DNA from: Azolla caroliniana
Taxonomy: Eukaryota; Plantae; Polypodiophyta
Reading direction: 5' to 3'
Length of the DNA stretch: 64,000 nt
NCBI GenBank assembly: GCA_043228905.1
Contig: JBHGNT010000011.1
Coordinates: 21,886,001-21,950,000, forward strand
Shown here: piece after piece, positions 13,749 through 28,050 of the stretch
Numbering within the stretch: position 1 is the first letter of the stretch
Layout: every line of letters starts with the position of its first letter
The notes under the pieces: generated by a model
Databases searched by the model: none
What the model was told of the DNA's origin: nothing
What the model saw: the letters and a program-made list of their open reading frames with translations, nothing else
Made by a program: the position numbers and the translations under genes

Positions 13749-15870
13749 AGTCAATAGGGTATTTCTCGGTGAATATGGGACAAGTATTAGATACATACTT
13801 ACATGTTCCTGATCATCACGCCAAGTCTTTCATCAGAGTGATTAGCCATACCCTTGTTCTCTAAATGCCTACTAAGTTGTTGGTTATGTGTAGCTTGGAT
13901 AAAATAACCAAGGTAGCATCACTCCTAGCATTATTCTTGTAACAATTATTCAATCCGAAGTATAATCTTTATCACTTAATCTTCATATTTTCTTTCCTCC
14001 TTTTGAGGATCTAGCTAATGTACCTAACACGATTGGTTTAAAACTCATAATATGTACATGTTGATACCGCATAATATATCTTTAGTTACTTTAATTTGTT
14101 AGGAAGAATGGAAAACATGTTTGTTATTCTTAATTTCCTAAAAATTTGATGATCATGATTTGATTATCAATCTAGAGAGTCAATATTATTGTTATGGGAC
14201 CTTGGATTATGCCTTTGCACAATGGCTTCTACTACACAAAGTTATAATCCTAAATTACCCTAACACTTGCTTTGTGAATTTATATCAATACTTTAAACAA
14301 GGTACAACATTTCACCTTCTTTCCTTCATATATTCACATTTTTATTATGCATACATATGTGAAGTTCTGGTTTCTCTTAGGACTTGCTTTAACTGTATGT
14401 GCTTGCCGAAGGGGTATGTCTACGAGAGTTTGTTGATGTAACATAATTCTAGATGCATGTGGTTTACCAAGACCAAAATATTGTTATATATGTATTAGAT
14501 AGCCACAAGTAGTTTTGGATGGTAGTTTGATAAGAACTTTATTTATAGTCTTTTAAAAGAAAATTCTACATTCTCTAAGAAAAGCCTACAAAGCCAGGTT
14601 TTTAATAGAACAAACTTGTAAGGAACTTCTCTAACACCTCATAGATATATATGCAAGAACTCGTACATGGATATTAACATTCATTTGGGAAAGAGCATTT
14701 GTGATGAGGTTCAATTAACAACTATGTATCATTGATAAGGGACAAATGTCAGCGTGTTATGTAATTGGAGAAAATAAACACCTTTCTCTAAGATTTTTTC
14801 ATTTCACATCCACACAAAAACTATCATCCCCTCTCCCATCATTGCTGCAACTTCGTGTTAAAAATATGTATAGAGCAATTGGGTTTAATAGCCAATCAAG
14901 GATTTTTTTGATCGACATTAAGTATAAGTTATGGTTGTTTACATTTGCTATTGATGAATGTGGAAGGTGGTAACCCACTAGAGAACCTTTTTCCAAACCA
15001 TTGTTAGCAACCAAATGTGAATCTATCATAGGTAAGAAAGTTGATATCATCTAATATAAAACAATTCAAATAGTAGAATTTAAACTGTGTAGGCAAACAT
15101 ACGTTTTAGTAAGCCTCTAATGTTCTTCGTATTGAAGGTACTTTTGTCACACTAGAGATATATATTTATGTTAGACAACACTATGTTGGCAATCACTCAA
15201 CTTCATTATAAAAAACAAGCTTAATGCATGGTTACAAATTACAATGATGAATACTTCAATCATTTATGGCTACATGTAATACATAAACTTTTGGTTAATG
15301 TTTCAATGTTTGTTTTAACTTGTTATCATTTATTAGATTAATAGGCAACATGTTGCAATGGGTTCAACATGGAAACATGGCCTCTAGATATCAATCATGT
15401 TTTGTGTAATGTGGTATATTTTTAATGCATATATTACTTTTGTGTAGGGCAATCATGCTCAATATTTGTATCCTTTTAAAAAGTATGAAACCCATACTCT
15501 AAAGTGTACACTGCGTTCCAATCTATCACATTTTGTTTTGGTTGCAATGGTACAATGATGGACATAAATAGATTCAATCGCACTCTAGAATCTAGGACCT
15601 ATGGTTTGAACCCTTTATCAACTATCTATTGACGTATGAGTATAAATGTTGGGTTGTTATTAATACATGTATGAACTCCCAATAAGAATGGTACAATTTC
15701 ATCACCATTTACCCATGATTCTCATTCAATTGACAACCTGTCTACATTCATCTCCACAATTGCCTATCATGGGGAAACATGTCAAAGGACTAGGTAATGT
15801 ACTTACTAAAATGACAAAATATCGATGATAAATAGTAACACGGCATACTCATTGTTCATAAATTTAAACT

Positions 15871-16050
15871 TGCTTTATGGGCACATAAGTAGGCAACTAT
15901 AAACACACTAGTATGTTTGGACAAATGATGCTTTATGGGTACAACTTACAAGGTGTAGTTAACTATAAACACATTAGTATGTCGAGGCAAAGGGTGCTTT
16001 ATGGGTACATGTGTAGCCAACTCTAGATATACTAGTATCTGTCGACAATG
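15871..16050. repeat. degenerate tandem repeat, 3 copies of ~60 bp
   Basis: tgctttatggg(c/t)aca...aactataaacaca(c/t)tagtat recurs three times. Confidence 0.75.
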
Positions 16051-19000
16051 GATCAAACCACTATGCATGACCACTTCATGAATGGAATTATCATTTTTTC
16101 CCTTTGCACCACACATGGTCAAGTTATGGAGGTTGTTAATGATGGTTGTTATGAGGTGACAATATCATAGGAAGTTTGGGATTTTTTGTTTGTTTTGTAG
16201 TTGCTAATGCATCTTTAAAAAATGCTATGATGTAACACTTGTGCGAAGTGAAAAGGAAATGGCCTAGTATTAATGCTTGCCTATTTCTAGACATTGTGAT
16301 TCATATATATATGTATATACACCCCTAGCTACATATATATATACATACATACATATTGCCCTAGCTATCATAGATACATGAATCAATGATATCTAGTACT
16401 TTATTGCCAGCAAATTCAAGTCTTTTTAGCGCCATTGTGTCATTATATATACAACAAGACATTCCATGCTACAACCTAATTTGAAAGCGCCTCTATGTTC
16501 ATGGGAAATTATAATCACAAAGAAAATGAATAGATGTGTCAATACAATGGTAAAGCCAAGAAAGAAATGTGCATTAAAGTTTATGAATTAAAGTATAAAT
16601 CAATAGCCTAACATTATGCTCACTGTAAAAAATATTTGTGCTTGATTCGAAATCTTTGCAGCAACATTTTAAAATATAAGATTGTGACACAAACAAATAG
16701 CTAACACCTTTCTCTAAAAAGAACGACTTTACGAAATCCACATGGGTAAATGAAATAAATAATAAATGGAAATAGTCATTTCACAATGCACATTACTCTA
16801 CCTATTTCTCGTCAAACTCTTTCTTTCATGTGCTTATTGAAAATGGTAATATGAGGTTGTGTCCTTTTTATACTATACGTAGAGGGTTGAATATATAGAC
16901 ATTGTGATTTGATTCCAATGGGCTAAATAAAATGCAGCCTCGTGAATGCCAATGCATGGGTCAATGAATTTTCCTTACATAAGAACCCATCGGTAAGAGA
17001 GTGTTGTGCCTAATAACTACAACCCAACAATCATATATGTAAGGTTTGACTTGATTTGTATTAGGTCCCTTTGTTATTATTAACACTAACTCATCACTCG
17101 AGTTAGAGTATACACTAAACCCATAGTTAAGATTCTAACACCTGGATACTTCCTCCGAGGCTTCCATATGTGAAGATGGTATCAATGAAACCTTCAATCT
17201 CACCAAATTTGTGGAAAACATTGGCATCAATCATCGTAAAGCAAGTATCTATCATGGTATTTTAATGTAAATAATGCCATATTATTTGGTATTAATATCC
17301 CTATGAGGCTAATATCTCCAATTTTCAATATATGTCAAATGTATACAAGATTTGTGATATGAAAGAGATATTGTCAATGCCAAACATATTCAACACATGA
17401 TATAACATTTACACATTTACACATTTACATTTTTCATTTCTTCATTTGAAGAGTTATCAATGGGAGAAGCATTGCGTGAATAATTCTAGGCGAACTAATC
17501 ACCTAGTTGAAGAATAAGACACTCAATCCATTGACATATAAGTGTTTACCAATGTGGGAGGCATTAGAGGTATGTAAATAGCTTGGAGACGACACGGGAG
17601 AAGATTCGAACCACATAGTCAACAAACGTATAATGAGTTGGTCCTATGGGGGAGGCATTAATGGACAATTTGTGGGGATAACCACAAGTGTATGGGACAA
17701 TGAAGACTGCTTGGGAGAAGAATAAACATGTAGGGCGCCACTACACAAAACACGAGCAGGTTCAAACGAGGACACTCTGCGGCCATATGATTGGATCATG
17801 TGTGTGTGTGTGTGTTGACTTGATCTCAAGAATTCTGCTTGTCTTGATTCTGTACCTCGGTGTTCTTTCATTTCCATTTATATCGCAGGGGGGCCGAATG
17901 GGTGGGCGAGTGGCCAAAGGCTCATATGATGAGCATATATATATATATATTCATATGGCCACCATGCCAAGATGATATACATACATACATCAATGTTTCT
18001 ATTTGCAACCAAATAATAAAGAGGCTTGATGAGGAAATCATGGTCATGGACAGTGTGTGGCACGTTTTGAAAGATGTGTGTGATTTGCACCATCAAATCT
18101 TTATCCACAAAAAAGTGCATGTGATTATTCTAACCCGACCTTGATGGGTGTTTGTCACATCTAACATGAGGGATGAGATTTTCCAACCCGAACATTGTAA
18201 ATTTAACCCCGACCATTTTTTACAACCCAACCACTAACCCGAGCCAATCTTGCTATGAATTTACCTAACCCAGACTATGTTTTAACTAAGTCGATTGATT
18301 ATTCTAACCCGGTCCTTCAAACTTAGCTTGACGTCATGGCGACTCTAACTACAACTTGGCTAAAACCCTAAAAATTTACATTTTTCACTAAATTTTGAAT
18401 TTCGGAAACCTGTTGCACTTGCACATTCACATGTAGTCGACTAGTTGCACTTGTGCTCAACCACGTGCTCTAGGCAGATTTAGGATTCGGTATATTGTAA
18501 ATTGTCCAATGCATATGAACTTATTTATATTTTGTGGCTTAAAAAGATTGTATATGATATTTGCATATGATATAAAAATAGATAGTTGGGATGGTGTTGC
18601 ATAAGATCACAGAAACATGTTATAGAAGATGGGATGTAAATCTCATATGAACCATGTTAGAGTAGAGAGGTTTACGAATGCAAATGTTTGCCTTGTTTGT
18701 TAATTGCAACTAACTTGGAACTTGTTTAATGTAAACATTGTTTTGAGGAATCTATGGCGTAAGTTTGGTAGAGTATTCAACTATGAACAGTTTGACACTA
18801 CCAATTTTGTGAATTGGCAATTTCTCAAATACATTGCCTTGATAGGAAGAATAAACTGGTCTATTACTAATCTTGTGCATGTCTTAATCATTACAATGTC
18901 TTCGGCACTTGAATCGCCAAGAACGTGGTAAAATGGTAAATGCAAAGGCAAGAGATATGTGAGAGTGGTAGATTCCAACCCCATGCAAACTGTAAGGATA

Positions 19001-19289
19001 AAAAGTCAAGAGTTAAAGGGGCCAAGAGGATACTAGAAAGGTATGTGACTAATAACAACACAATGCATATTGTGGATGAGAGCCACTCCCACTCTATGGT
19101 AAAATGTCTCCTCCAATTCTTAATGTGATTTGTCAAGATCTTGCAAGTAAATGTAAGCATTTACTTGAAGAAGGGTTAAGAGTTAAGACGGAGAAAGCAA
19201 TGTAGCAGACAGGAAACGAGCAGGTCGCGGGTGGCGCAAACAGTGTCGCCACAGTGTAAGCTGGTTCCACCACGAGTAGGAGGTCGACG

Positions 19290-20640
19290 ATGGATTGGCC
19301 GCACATTTCATCTGTGGCTAGACCGTATATGCCTACAGGGGAGTTGAGTGCACCCCCCCAACTTTCGCCTCATCTATGTGATGAGCAAGTCGACCTTGTG
19401 TTGTTGGAGGAGGATAAAATCACAATTTTGGGAGAGGTACAACGCTTACAGGTTTTTTCTTTGGTAGTGCAGGTACAGGATGCAAGATTGAATAGATCGG
19501 AGCTTCGTCATACCTTGTACGCCGTTTTCTTGGAGGAAGCGGATAACATCGTCAACATTCAATTCATGTCTCAAGGATGTTACCATGTGGAGTTTGCCGA
19601 TGAGGAATCCGTCACAAAACTATTGGTGATTAAGGAGGCAGGAGTGGAAGGTGCGTGGTTATCTTTTCATAAATGGTCGCATAATATTAAGGTAGATGAG
19701 GTATTGTAGGATCAAGAATCTAGTATGGTTTTTACGGCAATATTTTCTGGATTGAGGAAAGAATGGAGGAATGCTCTTCCTTGTATTGGGGCTTTGTTCA
19801 GTAAGGTTATTGCTACGCGTAACAAACAAGATTATGGAACAAATAGAGCGGGTGGGGTCCCAACAGTTCGGCTAATCGCACCAAGATCTATCCGTTTGCC
19901 GACAACTACTTCTTTGCCTAATCTACTTATAAATAAACCTCCAGTTGTACAAAAGGTGTATTATCAAGGTTTGCCTGATCAATGTTTTGTGTGTCGATAG
20001 TTTGGTCATTTAGGTTGAGATTGTCAAAAGAGACTCTCGAATGTCAATGTTGATGCCCATCCAACTACTCGACAAGATGTTATTAAAGATGGATGGTCTA
20101 CAGTGTCTACTAAACATGTTTTTAAGCCGACTAGTAAGATAGTTAATCCACTGTTATTACTTGAGGCTAATCCTTATCAATCTTTGCAAACACTTGAAAA
20201 GGAAGCAGGGAGTAGTAAAGTGGATGGCGGTTTGTCCCTCCCAGTTGGCACAATGGAGCACAGTTGGAACATAGTACAAATAACAAACCTTTAAAGGTGC
20301 AAACAGTAGAATATTTTTCTAAGGTTAATAATCAATTAAGGACAAACAATTGGTTTTACATAAAGTACAACAAGATAATAGGTCTATAGTTTTGAATGAG
20401 TTTACAACAAAGGAAGTGGTCAAGGTAGACTTACCACATGCGGATATGGATTGTGGCAATATAGCGACTTTTACAACTGCTAAGTCTTCCGATAGGGTTG
20501 CTATAGCAGATAAACATTTGCTAGTGCGCGCCCATAAGTTGTTGGGAAAAGCATTTGGTCAAATAGGAGACAATTAAGAACCGTAGAGGATGGAAGGAAA
20601 GGTAGAGAAGGTGCACTAGCCGAAAGGAGAGTAGGAGGGC
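19290..20640 (+). pseudogene. LINE ORF1 (DUF4283-like region plus zinc knuckle), disrupted by stops
   Basis: Fragments 19290-19709 and 19725-20000. YQGLPDQCFVCR*FGHLG*DC is a CCHC knuckle carrying in-frame stops. Confidence 0.8.
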
Positions 20641-23053
20641 AAAACATGAATGATGGATAGGTTAAATATTATTTCATGGAATGTAAGGGGCTTAGGAAGT
20701 AGACATTGTTGTAAGGTAAGGAGTGTTTTCCGCCGTCAGTTAAGGAAATCTTTGATAGGTAGGATTGATATTCTTCTTATTTAAGAGTATCATTTAAATG
20801 AACAAAGAATTCAAAAATATGGAAATTTGTTGCCAGGCATTGGAAACAATTCTGGGTGCCTGCAACTGGGGATAATAGTTTGAAAGTAGGTCTTTGCATT
20901 GCAATAAGTGATATTTGGTGGTCTTCTTTCTCACATTACGGAGTTTTGGCTTGTGGTAGAGGTCATTATATAATACTTCAAATTGGTTCAAAGAAGTGGG
21001 GTTTGTTGAATATTTATGCACCAAATCATGCAAGAGATAGAAAGACATTATGGAATAGCATAATGCCACAGTTACCAGTTGTTGAACATTGGGCACTTGC
21101 GGGTGACTTTAATATGTTGGAGGATGGGTGTGATGGGTTAGGAGGCACATCACAAACATTATTTGGTTCAGAATTATATGAATGGGAACGTTTGATCTTT
21201 TCTTTAGGTTTAATGGACTTGTGGCATGTGTCTTCTTTTGTACGGATGCAAGATTCCTTAGCTTATTCACGGTCGGATAGAAAACAATCACATACCAATT
21301 TATCTAGGTTAGATAGATTTTATGCGGATAAGTTTTTATGGGACAAAGGAGGTTCAATTGGAATCTTACCTTCATTTTCCTTTTTTGATCATGCACCACA
21401 TCGTTTAGTTATAGTCTTGCAGGAGCAACATAGAAATCCTAGGTTTAGAATTTTGAATCATGTGTTTCTTAGCCAAGATTGTGTTCATAGTGTGCATAAT
21501 ATTTGGAATAAATGTGATTATTCATATGATTATGCATTATCTAGTGTTCGAAAGGCTATTAGTGAAATACAACAATTTTTTCACTGTAAAGCTAAACAAG
21601 TATTTTATGAGTCTTGTACTAAAATAGGAAGACTTCGCAGGGGATTGAGATCCTTGCAACATCTGCAAGAGAGAAGACCATATTCGAGGTATATAAATTC
21701 CCGAGTGATACAAGTAGGGAACCAAATATTGGAATTACAAAAGATTTCTGCGTATTTTAATTATCATAATATATCGTCTACATGGGCAGAGTCAGGAGAT
21801 AAAGTCAATAAACTATTCTTTGCAGTGCATAATCATCATAAGACAACTGTTAGGATTTCTCAGTTAAAATGTCAGGACGGCTCTTATACCATGGATTCTA
21901 GTCAGATGAGGCAAATATCCTCTGATTATTATGAGACTTTGTTGAAAGCTAGATCTTTTTCTGCAGATGATTTGATTAGAAGGGACACCATATGGTCAAG
22001 GATTCATAATAGTGTGTATGTACAACTGGTAGATTGTCTTTTACAACCGCTAGATTCTCAAGAGGTTCTTAAAGCTGCTAAAGCCCTTGCTAAAGATGTT
22101 TGTCTTGGCTTGGATGGGTTGGGAGTCCAGTGGTATATCCAATATTGGGATTTGATAGGTGATGGATTGACCAAAGCCTACCAACAGATATTAGACCCGG
22201 GAAATATGCCACAAGAATGGAAGGAGGGTTTAATTTATATGATCCCTAAATCAAGTGGACACTTAGAAGAGCTTCAACACTGGAGACCAATTACCTTGTT
22301 GAATGTTATTTATTAAATATTAGCAAAAACATTAGCTATACGACTACAACCTTATCTTTCGGAGTTGATTCATGATTCTCAGACTGGTTTTATGCAAGAG
22401 AGAAGTATTTTTTATAATATTATCCTCTTTTGGGAAATGGTTGCCTTTGCGGAAGTGCATAAGCAAAACCTAGCGGTGTTATTTCTTGATATTGAAAAGG
22501 CTTATGATGTTAGAGTGGACTGGGATTTTATAGAGGGAACATTGGTTAGGATGGGTTTCCCAAACACATGGATACAAGGAGTATCAACATTATATCGTAA
22601 TGCGTATAACTCTCTTTTATTTGTAGGGGATATTGGTAGGAGATTTTCGATTTCAAGATCAGTAAGACAAGGATGTCCACTTGCTCCTTTCTTGTTTTTA
22701 CTAGTATCTGAAGCATTTTCTGTACATCTAAATTCTCAATATGTAAATATTAAAGGGTTAGCACTACCAATGTCATATGCTGGTGTGGATAGCGAGTTTG
22801 CTGATGATACAACTTTATATGTTCAGGCCTCACAATTAAATTTGGCACAGGTGAAAACGGTTGTGGACGATTTCTCAGATGCATCGGGTGCATTGATAAA
22901 TTGGGATAAGTCATCAGGTTTTTGGGTTGCTCCTGGAGATCCGCCAATTAATGTGCCTTCTTTAGGATTCACTTGGATACCTCAAGGTCAATCCATTAGG
23001 TACTTAGGCTGTAGAGTGAGTTTGGGATTAAAGGCAGAGGATATGGTTGCACC

Positions 23054-23851
23054 TAGTAATGGGCCCGGTTCGGTTTCGGTTCGGTTCGGTTTCTTGGCCT
23101 TGAAACCAAACCAAACCATTTATTAATAATAAAAACCAAACCAAACTGTTTTAAAATTTATGAAGCCATTTAAACCAAACCGTTTAAAGAATAGGAGAAA
23201 CTAAACCGTTTAAAACCAAACCGTTTACGAAAAATTTAAAACCAAACCAAACTAGTTTATCATAAATCAAAACCAAACCAAACCAAACCATTTTTTATTG
23301 ATATTAATCATTATACTTATTATAAATTTGTGTAAGAAAATCATCATAAATTTTGTCATCACACTCATCATAAATTGCGTCATCATACTTATCATAAATT
23401 TTGGTCATCATATTATCATAAATTTGGTCATCATATTAATCATAAATTTGATCATCATACTAATCATAAATTTGATCATTATACTAATCATAAATTTGAT
23501 TATCATACTTATTATAATTGATCATCATAAATGAAAAGGAGACTCTACATATAAAACATATAAAATTTAATAAGTTAAAACAAGAGTTTAAAATTAAAAG
23601 TTAAAAGTTAGGGCCTATAGAAAATATTTATAAGTATTTTTTAACCTATAAACCTATAAACCTATAAACCGAACCACATAAACAGAAACCGATAAGCCGC
23701 TAAACCGGTCAATTCAAAACCGAACCGAACCGAAACCGATTAGTAACATTTGAAACCAAACCAAACCGTTTATTTATCTTTGAACCTATAAACCGTTAAG
23801 CCACAGTTTTTTGGTTCGGTTCGGTTTGAGCCAAAACCGGGCCCATTGCTA
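23054..23851. mobile_element. non-autonomous hAT MITE, family A (798 bp), inserted in the LINE RT region
   Basis: TIRs TAGTAATGGGCCCGGTT / (rc)TAGCAATGGGCCCGGTT. Exact 8-bp TSD GTTGCACC (23046-23053, 23852-23859). AAACC-rich subtermini. Removing it restores ORF2 (MVAP-LLLRLRNKL). Confidence 0.95.
23305..23532. repeat. ~24-bp minisatellite inside the MITE
   Basis: About 9 copies of atcataaatttg(a/g)tcatcatac(t)(a/t). It produces the spurious IINLII ORF. Confidence 0.85.
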
Positions 23852-25859
23852 GTTGCACCCTTGTTGTTAAGATTAAGGAATAAGCTAATATACTGGAATA
23901 AGGAAAAGCTATCCTTAGTAGGACGTATAGTTGTAGCTAATTTGGTGCTTTTGTCCTCGATTTGGTATATAGCATCTACATGGCTATTTTCGAGGACAAT
24001 AATACTTAAAGTTCAACGTCTAATACAGAATTTTATTTGGGGGAGCAACATGTCTGACAATTCGGTAGCAAAGGTAGCTTGGACTGTTCTTACACAATCT
24101 AAGCATAAAGGAGGTCTCGGTTTGATTGATCCTTTTATGCCAAGTAAAGCCTTACTTTCTAAACATGTTGTTAGGAGTTTATTGTCAGGAGAGGAGTTTT
24201 GGAAAAAGTTATGGATTAGGCATTTACATAAGGTCAAGCCATCAATAGGTGGTCAATGGAATGATAGTCTTAGATGGTTTGTAAATGCAGATTTTCCATT
24301 ACCTAAGTCTAATGTTGGATCCTTACGTTTCTTTAATGGAATATTTCGAGCATGGGAAAGTATTCGTCAAGCACTTGTTTTCTTGTCCACCAAAAACTTT
24401 TCATCAATTCATGTGTCAACCTTTGATATAGAACCCTTTATTTACGGATGAAGCTGCATGTGTGTTGGGTCTACGACCTAGGTTATCTTGGGCTGCAATG
24501 GACAATGGTCCAACCTGTACAGTTGCGGATTGGATAAACTTTTTGCAGACATCAGCACAGGACCGAAATAATAGGTTGTCTAACTTAAGAGGGGCAAACA
24601 TAATGGTATCTCAATTGTCCATGGCATATTAGGTCACAGTACCAACTTTGCAGTTCGATCATTTTCAAAGTTGGTACGGTATGTTTTTGACACTTAATAT
24701 ACTTAAAGGTGCTTGTTTATATCATCAAAATGGCAACGTCTACTTCTATGAAGTGTTGGATAATGGTAGGTTGGTATTAGTAGATGATGAGTCTCCAATT
24801 ATGTCTGCTGCAAAGCAGTTACTAGTGTGAGTAATTGCTAGATTGGATAAAAAATTGTTTATTGACCCTAGTCCCTTAATTGCTAACTATGCATCTCATA
24901 TTTGGGTTTTACACTCTTGGTCACTTGCTGATCTGCAGTGGGATCCTACAAATTATGGTTGGAAATTGTCCATGCCTAATAATTCCACTAAGGGCCTCCC
25001 ATTCTTCACATATTCGATGGCATTTGGGAGAAACTTTATGTTGAGTCAGACTGAGTCAGTACCTGCTGGAAAAAAGTATCGGGAGGAAGGTAATGTCTCA
25101 TCTTCTCATATGCTGATGTTTTGGAAACAGTTTTGGTCAATTAAATGTATGAACAAGATATTACACTTTCATTGGTTGATGATTCATTACGTGTTGCTAG
25201 TAGGTGATTTGATGAGGGGATATGTAGTTGATCAGTCATGCGTTATATGTGGTTTTGTACATGAGTCATTGCATCATGTATTTTGGGAATGTGTTGTCGC
25301 AAAAAAAATTTGGTTTAGAATTCTTAGGCTACTAGGTCCTAAGTATAGGTCGGGGATTTTCACGTGGGGTGCCGTCTTCTTGGGAGGGTTAGATCAACAA
25401 ATGGCTTTCTATCATCATCATTATTCTTCGTTGACATTACATGTCAAAAGTTTGCAGGTATACTCTACTTCAACCTCCTTGCAGGGAATCAAGTTTTTCT
25501 CCCGCAGTTACATCTCGCAAATTGTCTCCTCTTTGGCTTTATGGGTTCTTTGGAAAGCTAGGTGTTCCAAGCTATACAATGATGAAAACATTCACATTGT
25601 GGATCAGGTTAAGTCTTTTTGGGACTTATTGGTACATATGGTTAAAGGTGAATATGACAATTATAAGGGTTCTGGACACACACCTAATAAGAAAAGAATG
25701 AGAATTTGTAGAGTCTGGTCATCTATACCTATTATATTGAATGAAACCACAGATGTCAAGTGGAACTATGTACCGCCTCATTGGTTGTTCCCGCCACCAG
25801 CACCATCTTTAGTACAAATAACATGACATAACATAGATGAGTGATGCTATTTTTGTTAG

Positions 25860-26930
25860 GATAAGTGATGTTGTTGTGATGTTGGTGGTAGTCAACGACA
25901 TGGCAAGCTGGAATTGGTGTCGATTAGTGAGATGTTGTTGTGGACTTAAGAAGCAAATTCTTTTTTAGCGATAAGGATGAGTGAAGATGGTGTGGGGGTT
26001 GAAGCACATTATTATGAGTAGGAATTTGGTGGTAATCAGTGAGAGGGTTGATGTGGAATTAAGAAGCAAAATTCTTTTGAGGGAGGATGAGTGAAGATGG
26101 TGTGGGGTTTGAAGCATTTTATCATGAGTAGGTGAGGAAATTATTTACACTAATTTGTTTTTTGCCTATATGTCAAGATGCTTGATGGAAATCAGTGAGA
26201 TGGAAGATGATTGGCGAGCTTGAGACAAGTGATGTTGGGGTGGTAGAGGTTGGTGGTAGTCAGCGACATGCCAAGTTGGTTGGTGAGAAGTTAGGTGGAC
26301 GGAATGAAGAAGATTGTAGGTTTCTTGTCGTTGTTGTCATGTAGTTATTGTCTTTATATCATATTGCCATGACGAGAGGATGAGTACGATGGTGTGGGGG
26401 TTGAAGCAAATATATGAGGGGATGAGGAAACATTTTATAGTCATTTTGCTATTATTTATACAGGAATTTGGTGGTAATCAGGGAGATGGTTGATGTGGAC
26501 TTAAGAAGCAAATTCTTTTGAGGGATAAGGAGGAGTGAAGATGGTGTGGGGGGTGAAGCAAAATATTGTGAGTAGGTACAAGAAATTGCTGAAAATGGAG
26601 AGATGGTTGATGTTGAAAATGAAGCAGATTATCTATAATGATGAGTGAAGATGGTGTTGGAGGCCGAAGCATATTTTTATGAGGGTTTGAGGAGAGTGAA
26701 TTCAAACTATTTTTGGGTAGGTATAAGAAAGTGTTGAAAATGGAGAGATGGATGTTGACAATGAAGCTGACTTTATATTGTTGATAACATGAATGAAGAT
26801 GGTGTAGGGGGCTGAAGCATACTTTCATGAGGGGAGAAGGAGAGCACACTGGATTTTGTAGGTACTAGACTTTCGGGATGGTGGCAGGGGTTGAAGCATA
26901 TCGTCATGAGGGGGTGAGGAGAGTAGACTC
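25860..26930. repeat. degenerate repeat array in the LINE 3' extension
   Basis: Core gatgagtgaagatggtgtgggggttgaagca at ~25976, 26086, 26379, 26531, 26640, 26790 and 26877. Confidence 0.85.
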
Positions 26931-26959
26931 ATTCAGTTTTTGTAGGAATCAACGAAATT

Positions 26960-28050
26960 GGTATGGACGTGAACTATGGATTTGTAACTGAGGAACAATT
27001 ACTGTTTGAGGAACTACATGTTTAGAGGGGTGTTTCATGGGCTACTCTTGCCAATTTATTGCTTGAAGAAGCATGGGCCTTTCTATTTTCTTTGGCATTC
27101 ATCGTAGTAGCGAACTAGTATTTCATATGGTATGCTCATTTGGATATGAGACCTCTCATATGCAACAACGATCAAGAAATAATAGTGAAAGAAGCTCTAT
27201 CAGTACAACATGTTTAATTTGATGGACGGTGCTATGGGATTTGGCATGGCATCAACATTATTGGGGGTTATGGGCTTTGGCATCGCAAAAACATTGCGGG
27301 AGAATTTTAGAAATTTTGGATTTCATGTTTACGAACCAACTTTGGTAAGATGCAGGAAATTTGAGGGAATTTTGGTACAGAAGTTGTAATGGGCCTTTGT
27401 GGTGGCTGCTGTTATGGCTGCAATGGAAGTTTAAGCAGAGAGAGTATTATTTGGAGAGGAAGGTGCAATACACTATTGTACTCTGATCAACAATATCTCC
27501 AGTTTATGTCACAAAACTTCTAGTACACAGGCCTATTTCAAGAGGACTTATGAAAGCTGGAAATGGAACTCTCACGATCATTTTTGCCGGATTGCTGAAG
27601 CACAAGATGTGTTCGAGCGCCTTCTAACTACAAATGTGGTCTCATGGAATGCAATTATAACAGGGCATACAAAACATGGATGTTGGTTTATATGATTTTG
27701 ATGTGGAAAATGAAGCATATTTCTTGAGCTTTTCATAACGATGAGTAATTGTGGATTATCTTCCCTATTATGGTATCCATAGGCAAAGATATCGAACATA
27801 GAGGGCAATGGAAATGCTCTTGAAGATTCACCGACGATAGGCCCAATTCCTATTTGCAAGACAATCTTTTGAATAGGTTCACAACATGTGGCACTTTGGT
27901 TGAAGGAAAACGAGGTTTGTCTAACCATGCCTATGATAGACGTTGCACTATGGAATGCATCGATCACATGCTAGGCAAACAAGGGTAATTGCTATGTGTT
28001 GTGAAGTTATTGCCAAAAATGTTGGGTGAGAAGGTGAAAAGAATCTTAGA
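26960..28050 (+). pseudogene. decayed PLS-class PPR fragments inside the LINE insertion
   Basis: FCRIAEAQDVFERLLTTNVVSWNAIITGHTKHG (~27582-27680); QLLFEELHV*RGVSWATL (~26995-27050); MPMIDVALWNASITC*ANKG (~27927-27986). These are typical S/P-motif junctions carrying stops. Confidence 0.72.

Larger units (their letters stand above)
20650..25826 (+). pseudogene. LINE ORF2 (APE endonuclease, RT, zf-RVT), disrupted by stops/frameshifts and a MITE
   Basis: MDRLNIISWNVRG; NIYAPN; GDFN; SRLDRFY; DH; WRPITLLN; LDIEKAYD; VRQGCPLAP; FADD (~22797); YLG; KGGLGL; CVICG..ESLHHVFWEC; LWVLWKARC. No RNase H recognised. Confidence 0.93.

Noticed and set aside
14780-15050. Possible LINE RT fragment on the minus strand
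   Set aside because: Resemblance is too weak and there are no diagnostic motifs.
23298-23534. 78-aa Ile/Asn-rich ORF
   Set aside because: It is the translation of the 24-bp minisatellite inside the MITE.
25970-26900. CRISPR-like appearance of the repeat array
   Set aside because: Repeats are degenerate, spacing is irregular, spacers are themselves similar to each other, there are no cas genes, and the context is eukaryotic.
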